Source: Paraphysomonas bandaiensis (taxonomy: Eukaryota; Protista; Chrysophyceae). Taken from it: DNA of 64,000 nucleotides. Location of the stretch: positions 186,001 to 250,000 of the forward strand of contig CBFFRP010000182.1 in the NCBI GenBank assembly GCA_965644295.1. The letters are read 5' to 3'. Below, piece after piece: positions 1-13,531 of the stretch (position 1 is its first letter; every line of letters starts with the position of its first letter). The translations under genes and the position numbers were made by a program. The notes beneath the pieces are model-generated. The model was given only the letters and a program-made list of their open reading frames with translations, was not told the DNA's origin and made no database searches.

Positions 1-209
1 GCTGCAAAATATGTACACTATTTTAATGATATCCATAGCGGTAAGTCAAATATCTCTAGAAAATTATCAAAAGAATTCTATCTCAGTATTTTTATGAACA
101 AAAACTTATTTCAGCATTATAAACCAGCAGTTCTACTGAGGAATGAATGTGAACTCATAGTATGAACAATTAGCTGCAGTGTTCAATTAATACAACCAAC
201 ACCACCATT

Positions 210-1373
210 TCACGCAATATCAGCATCGTCATCGGAATACATGTCCTGCGTATCATCACTCTCAGGATCCATGCTTTCAATGCTACAGAGACTTGAGGTC
301 CTTCTATCCCGTGCTCGACGAACTTCCGCTGTGGTGCTTGAGAGCTGCATCTGTAGCCGTCGCACAGTTTCTTCTAAAGTCTCGGATTTGTGCTTTTCAA
401 CAAGAAGTTCACTCTCCAGTTGCTAAAACCAACATATTAGTACGGTATATTAGTACATGCGGAGTACCTCAATTCGTTTCATTGCGTATTCCTGGAGCTG
501 CGACATTCGTGCAGACATTTCTTCGACCATTGCATTCGCTCTGCTTTCATATTCTTCATTCTTAGACTTCAGCTTTTTAATTTCTTCTTTGTGTTTAGCG
601 GTCTTGTTGTACTCCTTTTCGCTGGTGTGCATGCGGTTGAGGTTCAGTGTGGATTCAAGTTCCGCAACCCGCTGGCATAAGATATCATTCATGAAAGCCC
701 AGGATTGGTTTTCTTCAAGGCTCATTTTAGCACTTTCCAGAGATTGCGACATAGCCTTCTGCGTTTGAGTTAATGCACCATGAAGTGACATATTTTGTTC
801 TTCCAATTCTGTCAATCGGCGCCGTAAATTGATTGTCTCTTCATCAGGTGTCGCAGCATCATACTGCGCTCGATTATCAGTATATTCTGATTTAAGCTTC
901 TTACAGCGAACTGGTGTATTCTCTGGACTGAAGTCATCGTTAGCAGTTACATATCCTTCGATTATAGAGCTTCTTCTACTGGTCTCTGATTTGTATTGTG
1001 GTGTTGATTGTGTGGATGATTGAGACCCCTCATCTGATCGATCATGTGAGATTGATAACTCATTAAAGTCTTTCGTAAGATTTGATTCTGTATGACGTCT
1101 CTCATTTGGATTATTATTCTCTGTTTCATGTCGTTGTAATTTACATGACTTATGAGTGGCTGTAGTCACACATGGAGTGCCTGTATATGACTGTGTTTTC
1201 TTAAATGTACATTGAGAGGAATCAAAATACTTCATCTTTCTTCTTGTTCTTTTATTTTGATTGGTTCTTGTGTTGGATGGAGCAGATGTTGAATTTTCTG
1301 CTTTTTTCGATTGTTTTAATGCTTGCCATAACTTGAGTCGTTCGGCTCGTGTGAGTGTGGGAGAGGAGCTCAT
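210..1373 (-). CDS. Hypothetical protein with low-complexity N-terminus and C-terminal coiled coil (2 exons; intron 423-467)
   Basis: ORF 450-1373 joins through a 45-bp GT-AG intron to an exon reading QLESELLVEKHKSETLEETVRRLQ...DADIA*; the C-terminal half is heptad-like and E/K/Q/L-rich. Confidence 0.7.
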
Positions 1374-1900
1374 AGTTACTTATATAAGATCGTACAAGGT
1401 GTTATATATTATAGGATAGAAGATATATTCATTACAATATGAAATATAATGCAATATAATAGTTATCAAGTGATAGTTTATGTTCTATTGATTGCTTGGT
1501 GCATATATATATATATACACAGATGTCTCTATAGATCACTGCATTGATTGCATTGCAACAAACACTCGAATTAATTTCAACGGCCAGATTTCACATACAC
1601 AGCAACTTATGAAAGGTACACATATTACAAAATCGTGAAATATTGTGTCAGAACATCACAATATAAGGTTTTTTTCATAAAAGTGGTAGTTTATATATAG
1701 TCCCTAGGATTTTTTATTATAAAAACTCGATCATTGGAGGAATTTTAGGACATCCATACAATGTACGTCAGGATCTTAGAGGACATATTTGCTGTGTTGT
1801 TATGGTGCTTGCAAGCAGCAGTATGCATGCATGTATATATATGCATGTATCTCCACTAATCACAATATTATCATCCTATCTACTCATACTACTCTTCCAT

Positions 1901-3619
1901 ATGAATAATATCCCTCTCTCACCATATATTGATCTTAATCAATCCTCTGTTGTCTCTGATGTTCTCCATATCTATCAAACAGGGTGTCCAGTCATACTAG
2001 CTGTAGATGTAGGGTGTGGTAAGACACGTATGGCTCTCTCATGTATACAACACATTAAAAACATATGCAATCAAGCTATTATCAATGTATTAATCATACT
2101 ACCAGCTACACTTATTGGTCAATGGATACATGAGATGATAACGACTCAGGCGGCTACAGAGGATGCATACTGTGTATATCATGCAAAAAATCGTATGTAT
2201 AAACTAGATGAATTTTTAAATCAATCCAATGCTTCCATACGATATGTATTATCAACAGCACGTACAGTACTAAACGATTGTGATTATTTGCTATCTAAAA
2301 GATGGGATACTATGATTATTGATGAAGTGCATAAGTTACGTAATCTTAAAACTGAATCTGCTGCAGCTATACGACAATTCCCTTGTAATAAGATTGGATT
2401 GACTGCAACACCTGCTATTAAAGATGGATATAAAGATCTTTTAAGTATCTCATATCTTCTGAACGAAAGATGGGGTATAGCCAATGCAGAACGGTTTGGA
2501 GATCCCGAAACTTTAGACATACGTTACCAAAGCAATTTTTCCACAAATGAGCTTTCCAAGTGTGTACTTGTAACACGTTCTAAACAAGAGTTTGATTTAA
2601 GAATTTTGAATCGAAAGTATGAAAATATTTATGTTTCGTTTACTGATGAAGAGTGTGATCTCTACGAGCGTGCACTGGAACTTTGTGAGTGCAAATACAC
2701 TGCATTTTTGAACCGTAAAAATGATCTCAATCTCCACGTGGACGAAGAGAGACGTCAACTTGCTATAAAGGCAAAAGTAGAATACATTAAATCATTGGAT
2801 ATTGTTCAGGAGAGAAGTATAACGCCGCTACGTAGGAACGATATCTCAGCTGTACGTGTTCCGAATGCACCCCTTTCTTCAAAATTACAAAGAGCTGTCA
2901 CTATTATTGAAAAATTTCACTCTGATAAAGAACCGCTGCTTGTGTTTTGTAGTTTTGAATATCCTCTACAGCTAATCTCGAGTCATCTATTAATCCCTCA
3001 TCAGATGGTATCAGGATATTGTGGACTAAAGACAAGATCGACTAGTATCCAGAAATTTGTATCGGGAGAATGCGATATAATGTTACTTACAACGCGGTGT
3101 GGAGGTGTAGGCCTCAACTTAGAAAGGGCTAACCACTGTTTATTTCTAAGCGCTGAATACAATCCTCAAGACGAGGAACAGGCTATTGGGCGCATGGATC
3201 GTCGAACTCAGATTTCCGATTCTATAACTGTTATGCGATTATGTATCCCTGGCACTTTCGATTGTATACGACATACGGTACACAGAGCTAAACTTTCTCA
3301 TCTAAACAAAGCATTACGTCGAGGATATAACAAAGATGATGAATATTCATTTTGTGTATATAATACGATATGCAAGAGCTCGTTCAACTATCTGTATAAA
3401 GTACAATGGCTAAATTTATTGAAAAACTATATGAACATGAACGAAGATATACTGTGTGAAAGGATGTACCGACTCGAGACGCTTTACTACCAAAGTCAAA
3501 GTAACGTCAATGGGCATAGACAACGGGAACTAAGGTATCAAGAGGAAAATGAGTGTTACGATACTGCTTTAGACGAAGCTATGCTTTGGAATGAGTTTTT
3601 GGAAGATTTTAATCACTGA
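1901..3619 (+). CDS. Intronless minimal SNF2-family (SF2) helicase/ATPase
   Basis: Motifs I AVDVGCGKT, Ia LIILPATLIGQWIHE, II IIDEVH, III GLTATP, IV LVFC, V TTRCGGVGLNL and VI QAIGRMDR; likely start is ATG 1901. Confidence 0.9.
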   Translation: MNNIPLSPYIDLNQSSVVSDVLHIYQTGCPVILAVDVGCGKTRMALSCIQHIKNICNQAIINVLIILPATLIGQWIHEMITTQAATEDAYCVYHAKNRMYKLDEFLNQSNASIRYVLSTARTVLNDCDYLLSKRWDTMIIDEVHKLRNLKTESAAAIRQFPCNKIGLTATPAIKDGYKDLLSISYLLNERWGIANAERFGDPETLDIRYQSNFSTNELSKCVLVTRSKQEFDLRILNRKYENIYVSFTDEECDLYERALELCECKYTAFLNRKNDLNLHVDEERRQLAIKAKVEYIKSLDIVQERSITPLRRNDISAVRVPNAPLSSKLQRAVTIIEKFHSDKEPLLVFCSFEYPLQLISSHLLIPHQMVSGYCGLKTRSTSIQKFVSGECDIMLLTTRCGGVGLNLERANHCLFLSAEYNPQDEEQAIGRMDRRTQISDSITVMRLCIPGTFDCIRHTVHRAKLSHLNKALRRGYNKDDEYSFCVYNTICKSSFNYLYKVQWLNLLKNYMNMNEDILCERMYRLETLYYQSQSNVNGHRQRELRYQEENECYDTALDEAMLWNEFLEDFNH

Positions 3620-4112
3620 TGAGTACGAGCGGAATATTATCATGATGATTTCGGTGGTTATATTTCATATCAGCATACAAACATTCTCCCTGGGTAGTGT
3701 GATTGTGGGATCTATTTCAATACATTATAAGTTTTACAGTATGAACTACGAGTAAAAATAAAAATTAAATCGATGTCAAAGTTTTATTGTTTAATCAGTT
3801 TATGTGCTTGTAGTGTTGTATAGTTCAGTGGGTGTTGTGTTGCTACCACAATATATTTGACTGAATTTGTAATAATACTACAAGCTATCTATGTGCTTGG
3901 CGTAGTACATATGGCGGGATCAATATTAGCACTAATATGGAGTTATGGAGACAGGGAATCGTCTTATTATAGTTGATACCACTGGATGCAAGGTTTTTAT
4001 TACTTGATATGATGTCAGAATGATTAGCAATATATTCATGACAAAGAAAGTGTCACAAATGTTAGTTTTTTGTAAAACAGTTGACGTCAGCTTAAACCTG
4101 TTTTCAAATATA

Positions 4113-4688
4113 AACTTTTGTACTTTATTTTATTACTTAGATTGTCACCAAAAACTAGAAAAACTATTATATCAACTATTGACATATTTGAAAGAGATAA
4201 AGACTAAATTAACTGAACATGATATACACATATACACTCAATAACGCTTGAATGATAAAATACAATCAATATCACTACTTCATGTTATTCGCCAAATTCA
4301 TGTTATCGCAACTACAAACTATTTTCGTATGATCTCAGATAGACACAATCTTATACAGTTCATATATTTCAGTTTCGAATCCATGATTTTTCCTATCATC
4401 AACTTTTGTACTTTATTTTATTACTTAGATTGTCACCAAAAACTAGAAAAACTATTATATCAACTATTGACATATTTGAAAGAGATAAAGACTAAATTAA
4501 CTGAACATGATATACACATATACACTCAATAACGCTTGAATGATAAAATACAATCAATATCACTACTTCATGTTATTCGCCAAATTCATGTTATCGCAAC
4601 TACAAACTATTTTCGTATGATCTCAGATAGACACAATCTTATACAGTTCATATATTTCAGTTTCGAATCCATGATTTTTCCTATCATC
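4113..4688. repeat. Perfect tandem duplication, 288 bp x2 (4113-4400, 4401-4688)
   Basis: aacttttgtactttatt...cctatcatc occurs twice head-to-tail; the ORF track repeats with a 288-bp offset. Confidence 0.95.
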
Positions 4689-5163
4689 TCAATAGTTCAC
4701 GTCATGCTGTTTATCACTACTGTACCCTTCAAGTAACGGTCATCACTCACATATATATTTTAGAACAACAGCTGTCAATAGCTCTCAAACAACAAAACTC
4801 AACAATTTATTATTGCATACGCAATTCTGTCATACTGTATAAAGTACATCGCTGTCAAAATTTTAACTTTCTTATAGCAAGCACTGATAAAATATCGTGT
4901 ATTCAATCGTAGCAATATACTTCAGTTTTACGGTTAATAGAATTACAGGAATATTGTTATCCTACTCCTGTTTCTTTTTACTGTATTGATGATGGGATCC
5001 ACTCGTCAGGATTGTAGTCAGGAATTAAATCATTTGTACATTTCACAGTGATTACAAGGCTGTTAACAACTATAGTAGGTTACTAAATTTCAAAAATACA
5101 GTATCTAATACTGAAATTAATTCTAACAAAAAAATAGATTCGAGATAGTGATAGTTAACACAC

Positions 5164-7187
5164 TTATGCCCCACTGCTTCTTCTGGAGAGAAGAAACATA
5201 CCCAGCACCAATGCTGTTGCCGTAGCCATGGAAATGTAATACAAGGCCATCGAATCCTTGTTAATTCTTCCTCGAATAAAGCCTTTGAGAGATGACAAAG
5301 ATGGGTATACAGAGTGCGTAGATGTGGGAAGGTCTCGCAGCTCAGCTAACTCTGGGGGGGTGAGTGGTGGCAAGAGATTTTGCAAGGCAAGAGATACGGC
5401 ATCTTCAAACTTAGCGGGATGAGCAGTCGCCAAGCAGACCTACAGCATGATACTCATTCTAAATAGCTGGAGAAAGAGAGTGGCAAATCAGCATGGCATA
5501 CCGTAGTGGAGGGATCAAGGTCAAGAACCTTCATTCCTGCTACTGCAGTTGCTGTGTGTGGGCATAGCAGACAGCGCTCCTTCTCATAAACCATGCGCAT
5601 AGTGGTAATAATTTCTTCTCTGTTTGATGCGTGCGAACAAAAATCATCTCTGGCTCTGTGCAAAGTCCTGTAAGGCACAGACAGATTACCGGTCGATTCA
5701 AAGATTCGCATCCAGGAGGCCAAAACAGATGAGTTCTCATCAGCAAGGTAGTAAAGATATCTTTCGAAATTAGAAGAAATAGAGATGTCCATTGAAGGGG
5801 CAAGTGTAGGCTGAGACGGCTGCCGTATGTACATACCGGTCTCAAAAAATCTGCCCAACAATCAAGAATACACACTTATATTGGAAGGGACAAGTACAGA
5901 CACCTACTTGTGTAACACGTTATTCTCGTTAGTACAAACGGCCAGCTTTCCCACTGGAAGACCCATTGTCTTCGCATAGTATCCAGCAAGAACATTTCCA
6001 AAATTACCAGTTGGAACAGAAAAATTGACTGGAGTTGGGGTTTCAGCAGTGCAGTCCTTTACACCATCGGTCATTCTACATGCATAAGGTGAGGCGCATA
6101 TAGCTAGCGGCAGCTTCTTCACCACATGAGAGAACAAGGTGAATTAAGATAATACCTAAGCCATGCATAGAAATAATATGTCATCTGCACTAATACACGT
6201 GCCCAGTTAATGGAGTTCACAGCTGCTAAATTCACTTCTCTGCGGAACTTTGCATCCGCAAAAGCAGCCTTTACGGTACTCTGTGCGCAATCAAAGTCTC
6301 CTATCATAAATATCTACTATTAGTAACACACTCTCATATCAGGTAAACGTCAAATAAATTATGCAGGGAATTATGTTCGGCAATATATATGTATGATCTC
6401 TAGCAGTCTGCATAACCACCTTCTTGGGCGATACAAAAAATATTGGCATCTCTTACAGTAATCATCTGCCTTTCCTGTAGTTCCGTAACCTTTCCTCGTG
6501 GGTAAAGTATGAAGCAGTTGATACCACGCTTTCCTCTCAGTCCGTGAATAGCAGCACTGCCGGTGTCTCCCGATGTCGCACCAAGAACAGTAAGAAATTT
6601 CGGCTCATTCTCTGATGCAGTAAATAAAAGATACTCAAATAAATTGCCGAGAAATTGCATCGCTACATCCTTAAAGGCCAGGGTTGGACCATGAAAGAGC
6701 TCAAGTAGCCAGAAATCATCTACTCGGACACAAGGTGTCACCTCAGGAGCACGAAAACTTCCGAAACTTTTCTCTAAAAGGGATTTTAGAATATGATGGG
6801 GTACATCTTCTGTGGAAATGTATTGCGATATAATCTCAAACGACATATCCACAAAACTAAGGCTTCTCATCTACATACAATGAATTACACACTACACTTC
6901 AGTGGGATAATGTTCTTACCTTCAGGATATCCTCAACAGGTAGTTTGGGAATATATTCTGGAATAAACAGACCACCTGTATGGATCATGTTGTTATATAA
7001 CAATATCATATGTTGTGTTGTAATGTATAGAGTAATGCTACTAATAAGGACAATAGATACAATAAAGGACAAGAAGTGAACAGGTACATAATATGAAGTT
7101 ACCATCTTTAGCTAATCCATTGAAGACAACCTCTCGAAATGATATTCCCTTTTCACCTCCTCTTGTACTCTTATAAGTCACTGGCAT
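5164..7187 (-). CDS. thrC: Threonine synthase (PLP-dependent), multi-exon, with a hydrophobic C-terminal tail
   Basis: MPVTYKSTRGG start, GLAKDGGLFIP, ELFHGPTLAFKD (PLP Lys), ATSGDTGSAA, NSINWARV, VPTGNFGN, PSMDISISSNFERYL and CLATAHPAKF, all joined by GT-AG introns. Confidence 0.95.
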
Positions 7188-8787
7188 AACACACACACTC
7201 TTCTATTTGATGAGTTATATATGTATGTATATGTTCATATGGTTCCTCTTATATGCCTATATGTGTATATACATACATCTATAAGAGTAGAGTATGTGAG
7301 ACACTTCATATATTCACTTACTTCACTTCATACACTTCGTCTTCTTCTCTCAGAGTGTGTGTGTAAACATACATACATACACACCTCAATAGATACTACA
7401 ACTTCATTATGCAGTAGGTACGACTGTAGAACTTCAATATCGAAAATGCCTATTTTTCGAACCTTTTCTATCCATAATATACAGGTTTTCACTCCATACA
7501 CTGTAATATTAATATTTTTCATATCATTGAACTCTAAAAACCGATATTTGTTTATAAGAATTACTAAATATCTCCCATTTTACCGCCATACACAACTATC
7601 CTGCCCATATGCTTTAAAGGAGCATGCATATATATGTATGTGCTGTGCCATATATATCAGCATATACAGCAATACGATAGAATCTCATCTCATTTAATAG
7701 GGAACAAGTGGGAGATCACGTTATCTAATGCAGTAATATCCCCTATAGATTACAATGCTCTGCAGCATACGCATATCACTGTTATCACTGTCATTACTGC
7801 CATTTACTGGCAATACCGCACATCAGACACTCTCTAAGAGATATTAGAGATATGGTAGAGTGACAGTGTGTTATCGATCATTACTGTCTCCTTATGAGGG
7901 GTGATGAGGGTCGGTTTGTAGTGACAATGGATGGTGTCCCTTATAGAGAGGAATATAAGATATGGTCTCTATCATCAGTGGATGGAACAAGTAGCGATGT
8001 TTTCGTATGTATTCACTCCGGGGGCATCTGACGCCTCGGGAATGTGTCACACTGAAGTCTTATGGTTCCAACCGTGCTGGTTTGGGCATTATTGCCCTCC
8101 CTCCCTCCGGGACCATACGTCATAATCAGCTATTTTCGAACGATAAATCGAAAATAACACCGAGTGGTGCATAACTATACCCCAAAGTTTGCGGTGAAAC
8201 CATTTCCATTATCTAACTCATGCAAAGGAAGTTTTGTGATGAAATATATCATCATACTTATGTATAATATTTGGAATTGAGGTATAGAAATGTACGATAA
8301 AGTATCATACAGGCATGCTGATATGTCGGTATATATGTGTATTTGCCCCATTCCGACAGTGTGGCCATAGTGTAGGCTCGCTGGAACATCACATATAACA
8401 CCAAGATTTTGCGCTGATTCTTTGTAGCCACCAACCCGCCCACCCGTTCACCATATTGCTGACCATATAGATCGGCACAGATTCTGTGAGACTCTACAGT
8501 CCCCGCCGTGTTCGCAAGAGTGATGTATGTAATTCGCACAGATTTTAGCAAATCCATGTTCACCTTCCCATCAGCTAAATTTGATTACGTGAAGCTTCTC
8601 GTGACCATGCTGCATTTGGCTCCTCCCCTAGATTGCGCGGGGTTTCTCGTATTCTCATATGGATTGGAGCTTTCTTGTCACCACACACAATAAATTTGGC
8701 GTGAGTTTAATAAGAATCTATACACTAGCACTTTCCTAGGGCACGCTCCGTAACGCCATCAGATATCAGTTAGTTTGGTAATGTCGT

Positions 8788-9154
8788 TTGCACATGGACG
8801 AATATGTTATTGTCATTGTTTAATTCTTCCCATTACATGACGACATGACAATCACCTTCCCCATCATAATATGGGTATTGCCATAAAAAATAAATAATAA
8901 TTATATTTTCAAGACCAATAATAATTAATACATATGTTGCAGTATATTGATATATAAATATTATATATTATATATTGGGCGATGAGAAGTGAAATTAGTT
9001 CGATTGGTAGTAACTGCTTAGTAGTGCGTTCGTAGTTCGTAGAGGTTACAATATGATGACAAAACCCCAATAACAATACAGCAACTAGTACTCTAAGTAT
9101 TCTAACTCTTCGTTGCTGTCGTCCCTGATGACAATAACAATCATCATGCTGCAA
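8788..9154. mobile_element. Possible degenerate MITE (also copied in tandem units 2 and 3)
   Basis: Imperfect inverted ends ttgcacatggacgaatatgttattgtcat ... atgacaataacaatcatcatgctgcaa around an AT-rich core; no TSD recognised. Confidence 0.35.
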
Positions 9155-9410
9155 TCAAAATGTGTTTATCAATCGACACTATTCGTTTCTGGTGTGATAC
9201 AAACAATTGTCGCTATATTAAGATTAATATGAAGATTCTAGTTCATAGTGCCACGACAACAACGTCGAGAAATCAAAAACAAAAGATAGTGTATATTAAA
9301 TACTGACAATTAGGTTATGTTCCAATTCTAAAATACGATATACTATTTCATGTTACATGTTAGACACTCTGTACTAGTAAAACGCTGGTCACAAAAAAGC
9401 ATACCATAAG

Positions 9411-10116
9411 TCATAGTTCTTCCACACAATCACCGTCTTCGTTTCCTTGTTTAATAGGAGTAAGAAAACCCATTGGTTTCTGCGGTCCAATGGGGGATTT
9501 AATGTGATCGTTGCTGAGTTCAATCGAACTGGCAGTGCGGAAATTATGCCTCGTGCTGCTGCTGCCTTTCGGAGTCATTGACTCAAAGCGGAAAAATCTT
9601 TTACTGTATGGATTTGATGATTGGCGGTTGCTTTCGCAGGCCTGGGGTGTCACGCACTCAATAACGGCGCGCAGCTTTCGATGGTACTCTTTATCATCGT
9701 TTTCATCGAACCCGTCAGTGTGAACAGATGATACATGAACCCGCCGTTGGCTGACGCCAAATTTCGTGATATGAAAAGCAAGAAAGAGAGAGCCTGTACA
9801 AATATAAAGTACATATTTACTCAGTGTGAGTTGACTAACCTGTGAGTGCACCCTGGAGAGCAGGCATACATGTGAGGGCGATCTGAAACGAGTTACTGTT
9901 CAGTGTATCGCTTGAGGAATGGGAGTGGTAATGAATGTCATACACCATATTTAACGTCCAAGTTACCACATATATAAGAGGGTAACCTAATAGTTGGCGT
10001 GCTAATACAAGTCGTATTCTATTCTTCGCCTCATCTATATTCGGAACAACAGACAACAGGTATATGAAACCACAGCAGTATCCAATCAAGGCTATCCATA
10101 TCCACATATAGAACGA
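9411..10116 (-). pseudogene. 5'-truncated GPCR copy (TM5-7 and tail)
   Basis: Identical to the 3' part of the gene at 12343-13531 but lacks TM1-4 and the promoter. Confidence 0.8.
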
Positions 10117-10876
10117 ATTCTCATATGGATTGGAGCTTTCTTGTCACCACACACAATAAATTTGGCGTGAGTTTAATAAGAATCTATACACTAGCACTTT
10201 CCTAGGGCACGCTCCGTAACGCCATCAGATATCAGTTAGTTTGGTAATGTCGTTTGCACATGGACGAATATGTTATTGTCATTGTTTAATTCTTCCCATT
10301 ACATGACGACATGACAATCACCTTCCCCATCATAATATGGGTATTGCCATAAAAAATAAATAATAATTATATTTTCAAGACCAATAATAATTAATACATA
10401 TGTTGCAGTATATTGATATATAAATATTATATATTATATATTGGGCGATGAGAAGTGAAATTAGTTCGATTGGTAGTAACTGCTTAGTAGTGCGTTCGTA
10501 GTTCGTAGAGGTTACAATATGATGACAAAACCCCAATAACAATACAGCAACTAGTACTCTAAGTATTCTAACTCTTCGTTGCTGTCGTCCCTGATGACAA
10601 TAACAATCATCATGCTGCAATCAAAATGTGTTTATCAATCGACACTATTCGTTTCTGGTGTGATACAAACAATTGTCGCTATATTAAGATTAATATGAAG
10701 ATTCTAGTTCATAGTGCCACGACAACAACGTCGAGAAATCAAAAACAAAAGATAGTGTATATTAAATACTGACAATTAGGTTATGTTCCAATTCTAAAAT
10801 ACGATATACTATTTCATGTTACATGTTAGACACTCTGTACTAGTAAAACGCTGGTCACAAAAAAGCATACCATAAG

Positions 10877-11582
10877 TCATAGTTCTTCCACACAATCACC
10901 GTCTTCGTTTCCTTGTTTAATAGGAGTAAGAAAACCCATTGGTTTCTGCGGTCCAATGGGGGATTTAATGTGATCGTTGCTGAGTTCAATCGAACTGGCA
11001 GTGCGGAAATTATGCCTCGTGCTGCTGCTGCCTTTCGGAGTCATTGACTCAAAGCGGAAAAATCTTTTACTGTATGGATTTGATGATTGGCGGTTGCTTT
11101 CGCAGGCCTGGGGTGTCACGCACTCAATAACGGCGCGCAGCTTTCGATGGTACTCTTTATCATCGTTTTCATCGAACCCGTCAGTGTGAACAGATGATAC
11201 ATGAACCCGCCGTTGGCTGACGCCAAATTTCGTGATATGAAAAGCAAGAAAGAGAGAGCCTGTACAAATATAAAGTACATATTTACTCAGTGTGAGTTGA
11301 CTAACCTGTGAGTGCACCCTGGAGAGCAGGCATACATGTGAGGGCGATCTGAAACGAGTTACTGTTCAGTGTATCGCTTGAGGAATGGGAGTGGTAATGA
11401 ATGTCATACACCATATTTAACGTCCAAGTTACCACATATATAAGAGGGTAACCTAATAGTTGGCGTGCTAATACAAGTCGTATTCTATTCTTCGCCTCAT
11501 CTATATTCGGAACAACAGACAACAGGTATATGAAACCACAGCAGTATCCAATCAAGGCTATCCATATCCACATATAGAACGA
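10877..11582 (-). pseudogene. 5'-truncated GPCR copy (TM5-7 and tail)
   Basis: Same as above, in the second tandem unit. Confidence 0.8.
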
Positions 11583-12342
11583 ATTCTCATATGGATTGGA
11601 GCTTTCTTGTCACCACACACAATAAATTTGGCGTGAGTTTAATAAGAATCTATACACTAGCACTTTCCTAGGGCACGCTCCGTAACGCCATCAGATATCA
11701 GTTAGTTTGGTAATGTCGTTTGCACATGGACGAATATGTTATTGTCATTGTTTAATTCTTCCCATTACATGACGACATGACAATCACCTTCCCCATCATA
11801 ATATGGGTATTGCCATAAAAAATAAATAATAATTATATTTTCAAGACCAATAATAATTAATACATATGTTGCAGTATATTGATATATAAATATTATATAT
11901 TATATATTGGGCGATGAGAAGTGAAATTAGTTCGATTGGTAGTAACTGCTTAGTAGTGCGTTCGTAGTTCGTAGAGGTTACAATATGATGACAAAACCCC
12001 AATAACAATACAGCAACTAGTACTCTAAGTATTCTAACTCTTCGTTGCTGTCGTCCCTGATGACAATAACAATCATCATGCTGCAATCAAAATGTGTTTA
12101 TCAATCGACACTATTCGTTTCTGGTGTGATACAAACAATTGTCGCTATATTAAGATTAATATGAAGATTCTAGTTCATAGTGCCACGACAACAACGTCGA
12201 GAAATCAAAAACAAAAGATAGTGTATATTAAATACTGACAATTAGGTTATGTTCCAATTCTAAAATACGATATACTATTTCATGTTACATGTTAGACACT
12301 CTGTACTAGTAAAACGCTGGTCACAAAAAAGCATACCATAAG

Positions 12343-13531
12343 TCATAGTTCTTCCACACAATCACCGTCTTCGTTTCCTTGTTTAATAGGAGTAAGAAAA
12401 CCCATTGGTTTCTGCGGTCCAATGGGGGATTTAATGTGATCGTTGCTGAGTTCAATCGAACTGGCAGTGCGGAAATTATGCCTCGTGCTGCTGCTGCCTT
12501 TCGGAGTCATTGACTCAAAGCGGAAAAATCTTTTACTGTATGGATTTGATGATTGGCGGTTGCTTTCGCAGGCCTGGGGTGTCACGCACTCAATAACGGC
12601 GCGCAGCTTTCGATGGTACTCTTTATCATCGTTTTCATCGAACCCGTCAGTGTGAACAGATGATACATGAACCCGCCGTTGGCTGACGCCAAATTTCGTG
12701 ATATGAAAAGCAAGAAAGAGAGAGCCTGTACAAATATAAAGTACATATTTACTCAGTGTGAGTTGACTAACCTGTGAGTGCACCCTGGAGAGCAGGCATA
12801 CATGTGAGGGCGATCTGAAACGAGTTACTGTTCAGTGTATCGCTTGAGGAATGGGAGTGGTAATGAATGTCATACACCATATTTAACGTCCAAGTTACCA
12901 CATATATAAGAGGGTAACCTAATAGTTGGCGTGCTAATACAAGTCGTATTCTATTCTTCGCCTCATCTATATTCGGAACAACAGACAACAGGTATATGAA
13001 ACCACAGCAGTATCCAATCAAGGCTATCCATATCCACATATAGAACGATACAATTCCCCAGAATTGAGTCAACCATTTCCCTGAATTTTCTCTGTCAGCA
13101 ATAAAGCACCAACATTCTTCTTCTCCATCATAGCATCCGAACTTATTAGTACTCAATATCAGAAATGTTAATAGCACAGGAAGAAGCCAACAAACTATAT
13201 GCGTATATAGAGATATAGGCTCTGTTCTTGTTTTGGGATCACGAAGAAAACAAATAACACTAAAAATAATCATTGTCGACCAAAAAATACTCCATAAAGG
13301 ACAAATATTAGTCAAAATAGCTTGCCACCAACAAGCCATAGACCCGTCCTCACTTACACCAATCATGAGCCCCACTGCAGTGAGCATATCAGATATAGAT
13401 ATAAAGACAAGTATTTGATTATATGAGTCTTGACGAAGAGAGGGGTTGATATTGAATATCCATAAAACGAATAGACAAACTATGCAAGATAAGCTGCCAG
13501 TGCCCAGCATCCATTGCGATACGATGTCCAT
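12343..13531 (-). CDS. 7-TM GPCR, cAMP-receptor-like/GCR1 family (intron 12726-12771)
   Basis: Seven hydrophobic segments with family-like motifs LVFISISDML, ACWWQA, SIFWS, CWLLP, ECWCFI and YPLIYVVTW; 46-bp GT-AG intron within TM7; S/R-rich tail. Confidence 0.88.

Larger units (their letters stand above)
8651..13048. repeat. Tandem triplication, 1466 bp x3 (8651-10116, 10117-11582, 11583-13048), carrying the 3' half of the GPCR gene
   Basis: Identical ORF sets recur at a 1466-bp period; the junction reads gaacga|attctcat in both internal joints. Confidence 0.97.

Noticed and set aside
3617-3700. TGA-TGA readthrough or selenocysteine at the SNF2 stop
   Set aside because: All helicase motifs are complete before the stop and no SECIS-like element was recognised.
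8010-8765. GC-richer segment with vague inverted similarity at its ends, a possible transposon relic
   Set aside because: No convincing TIR, TSD or protein motif could be established.
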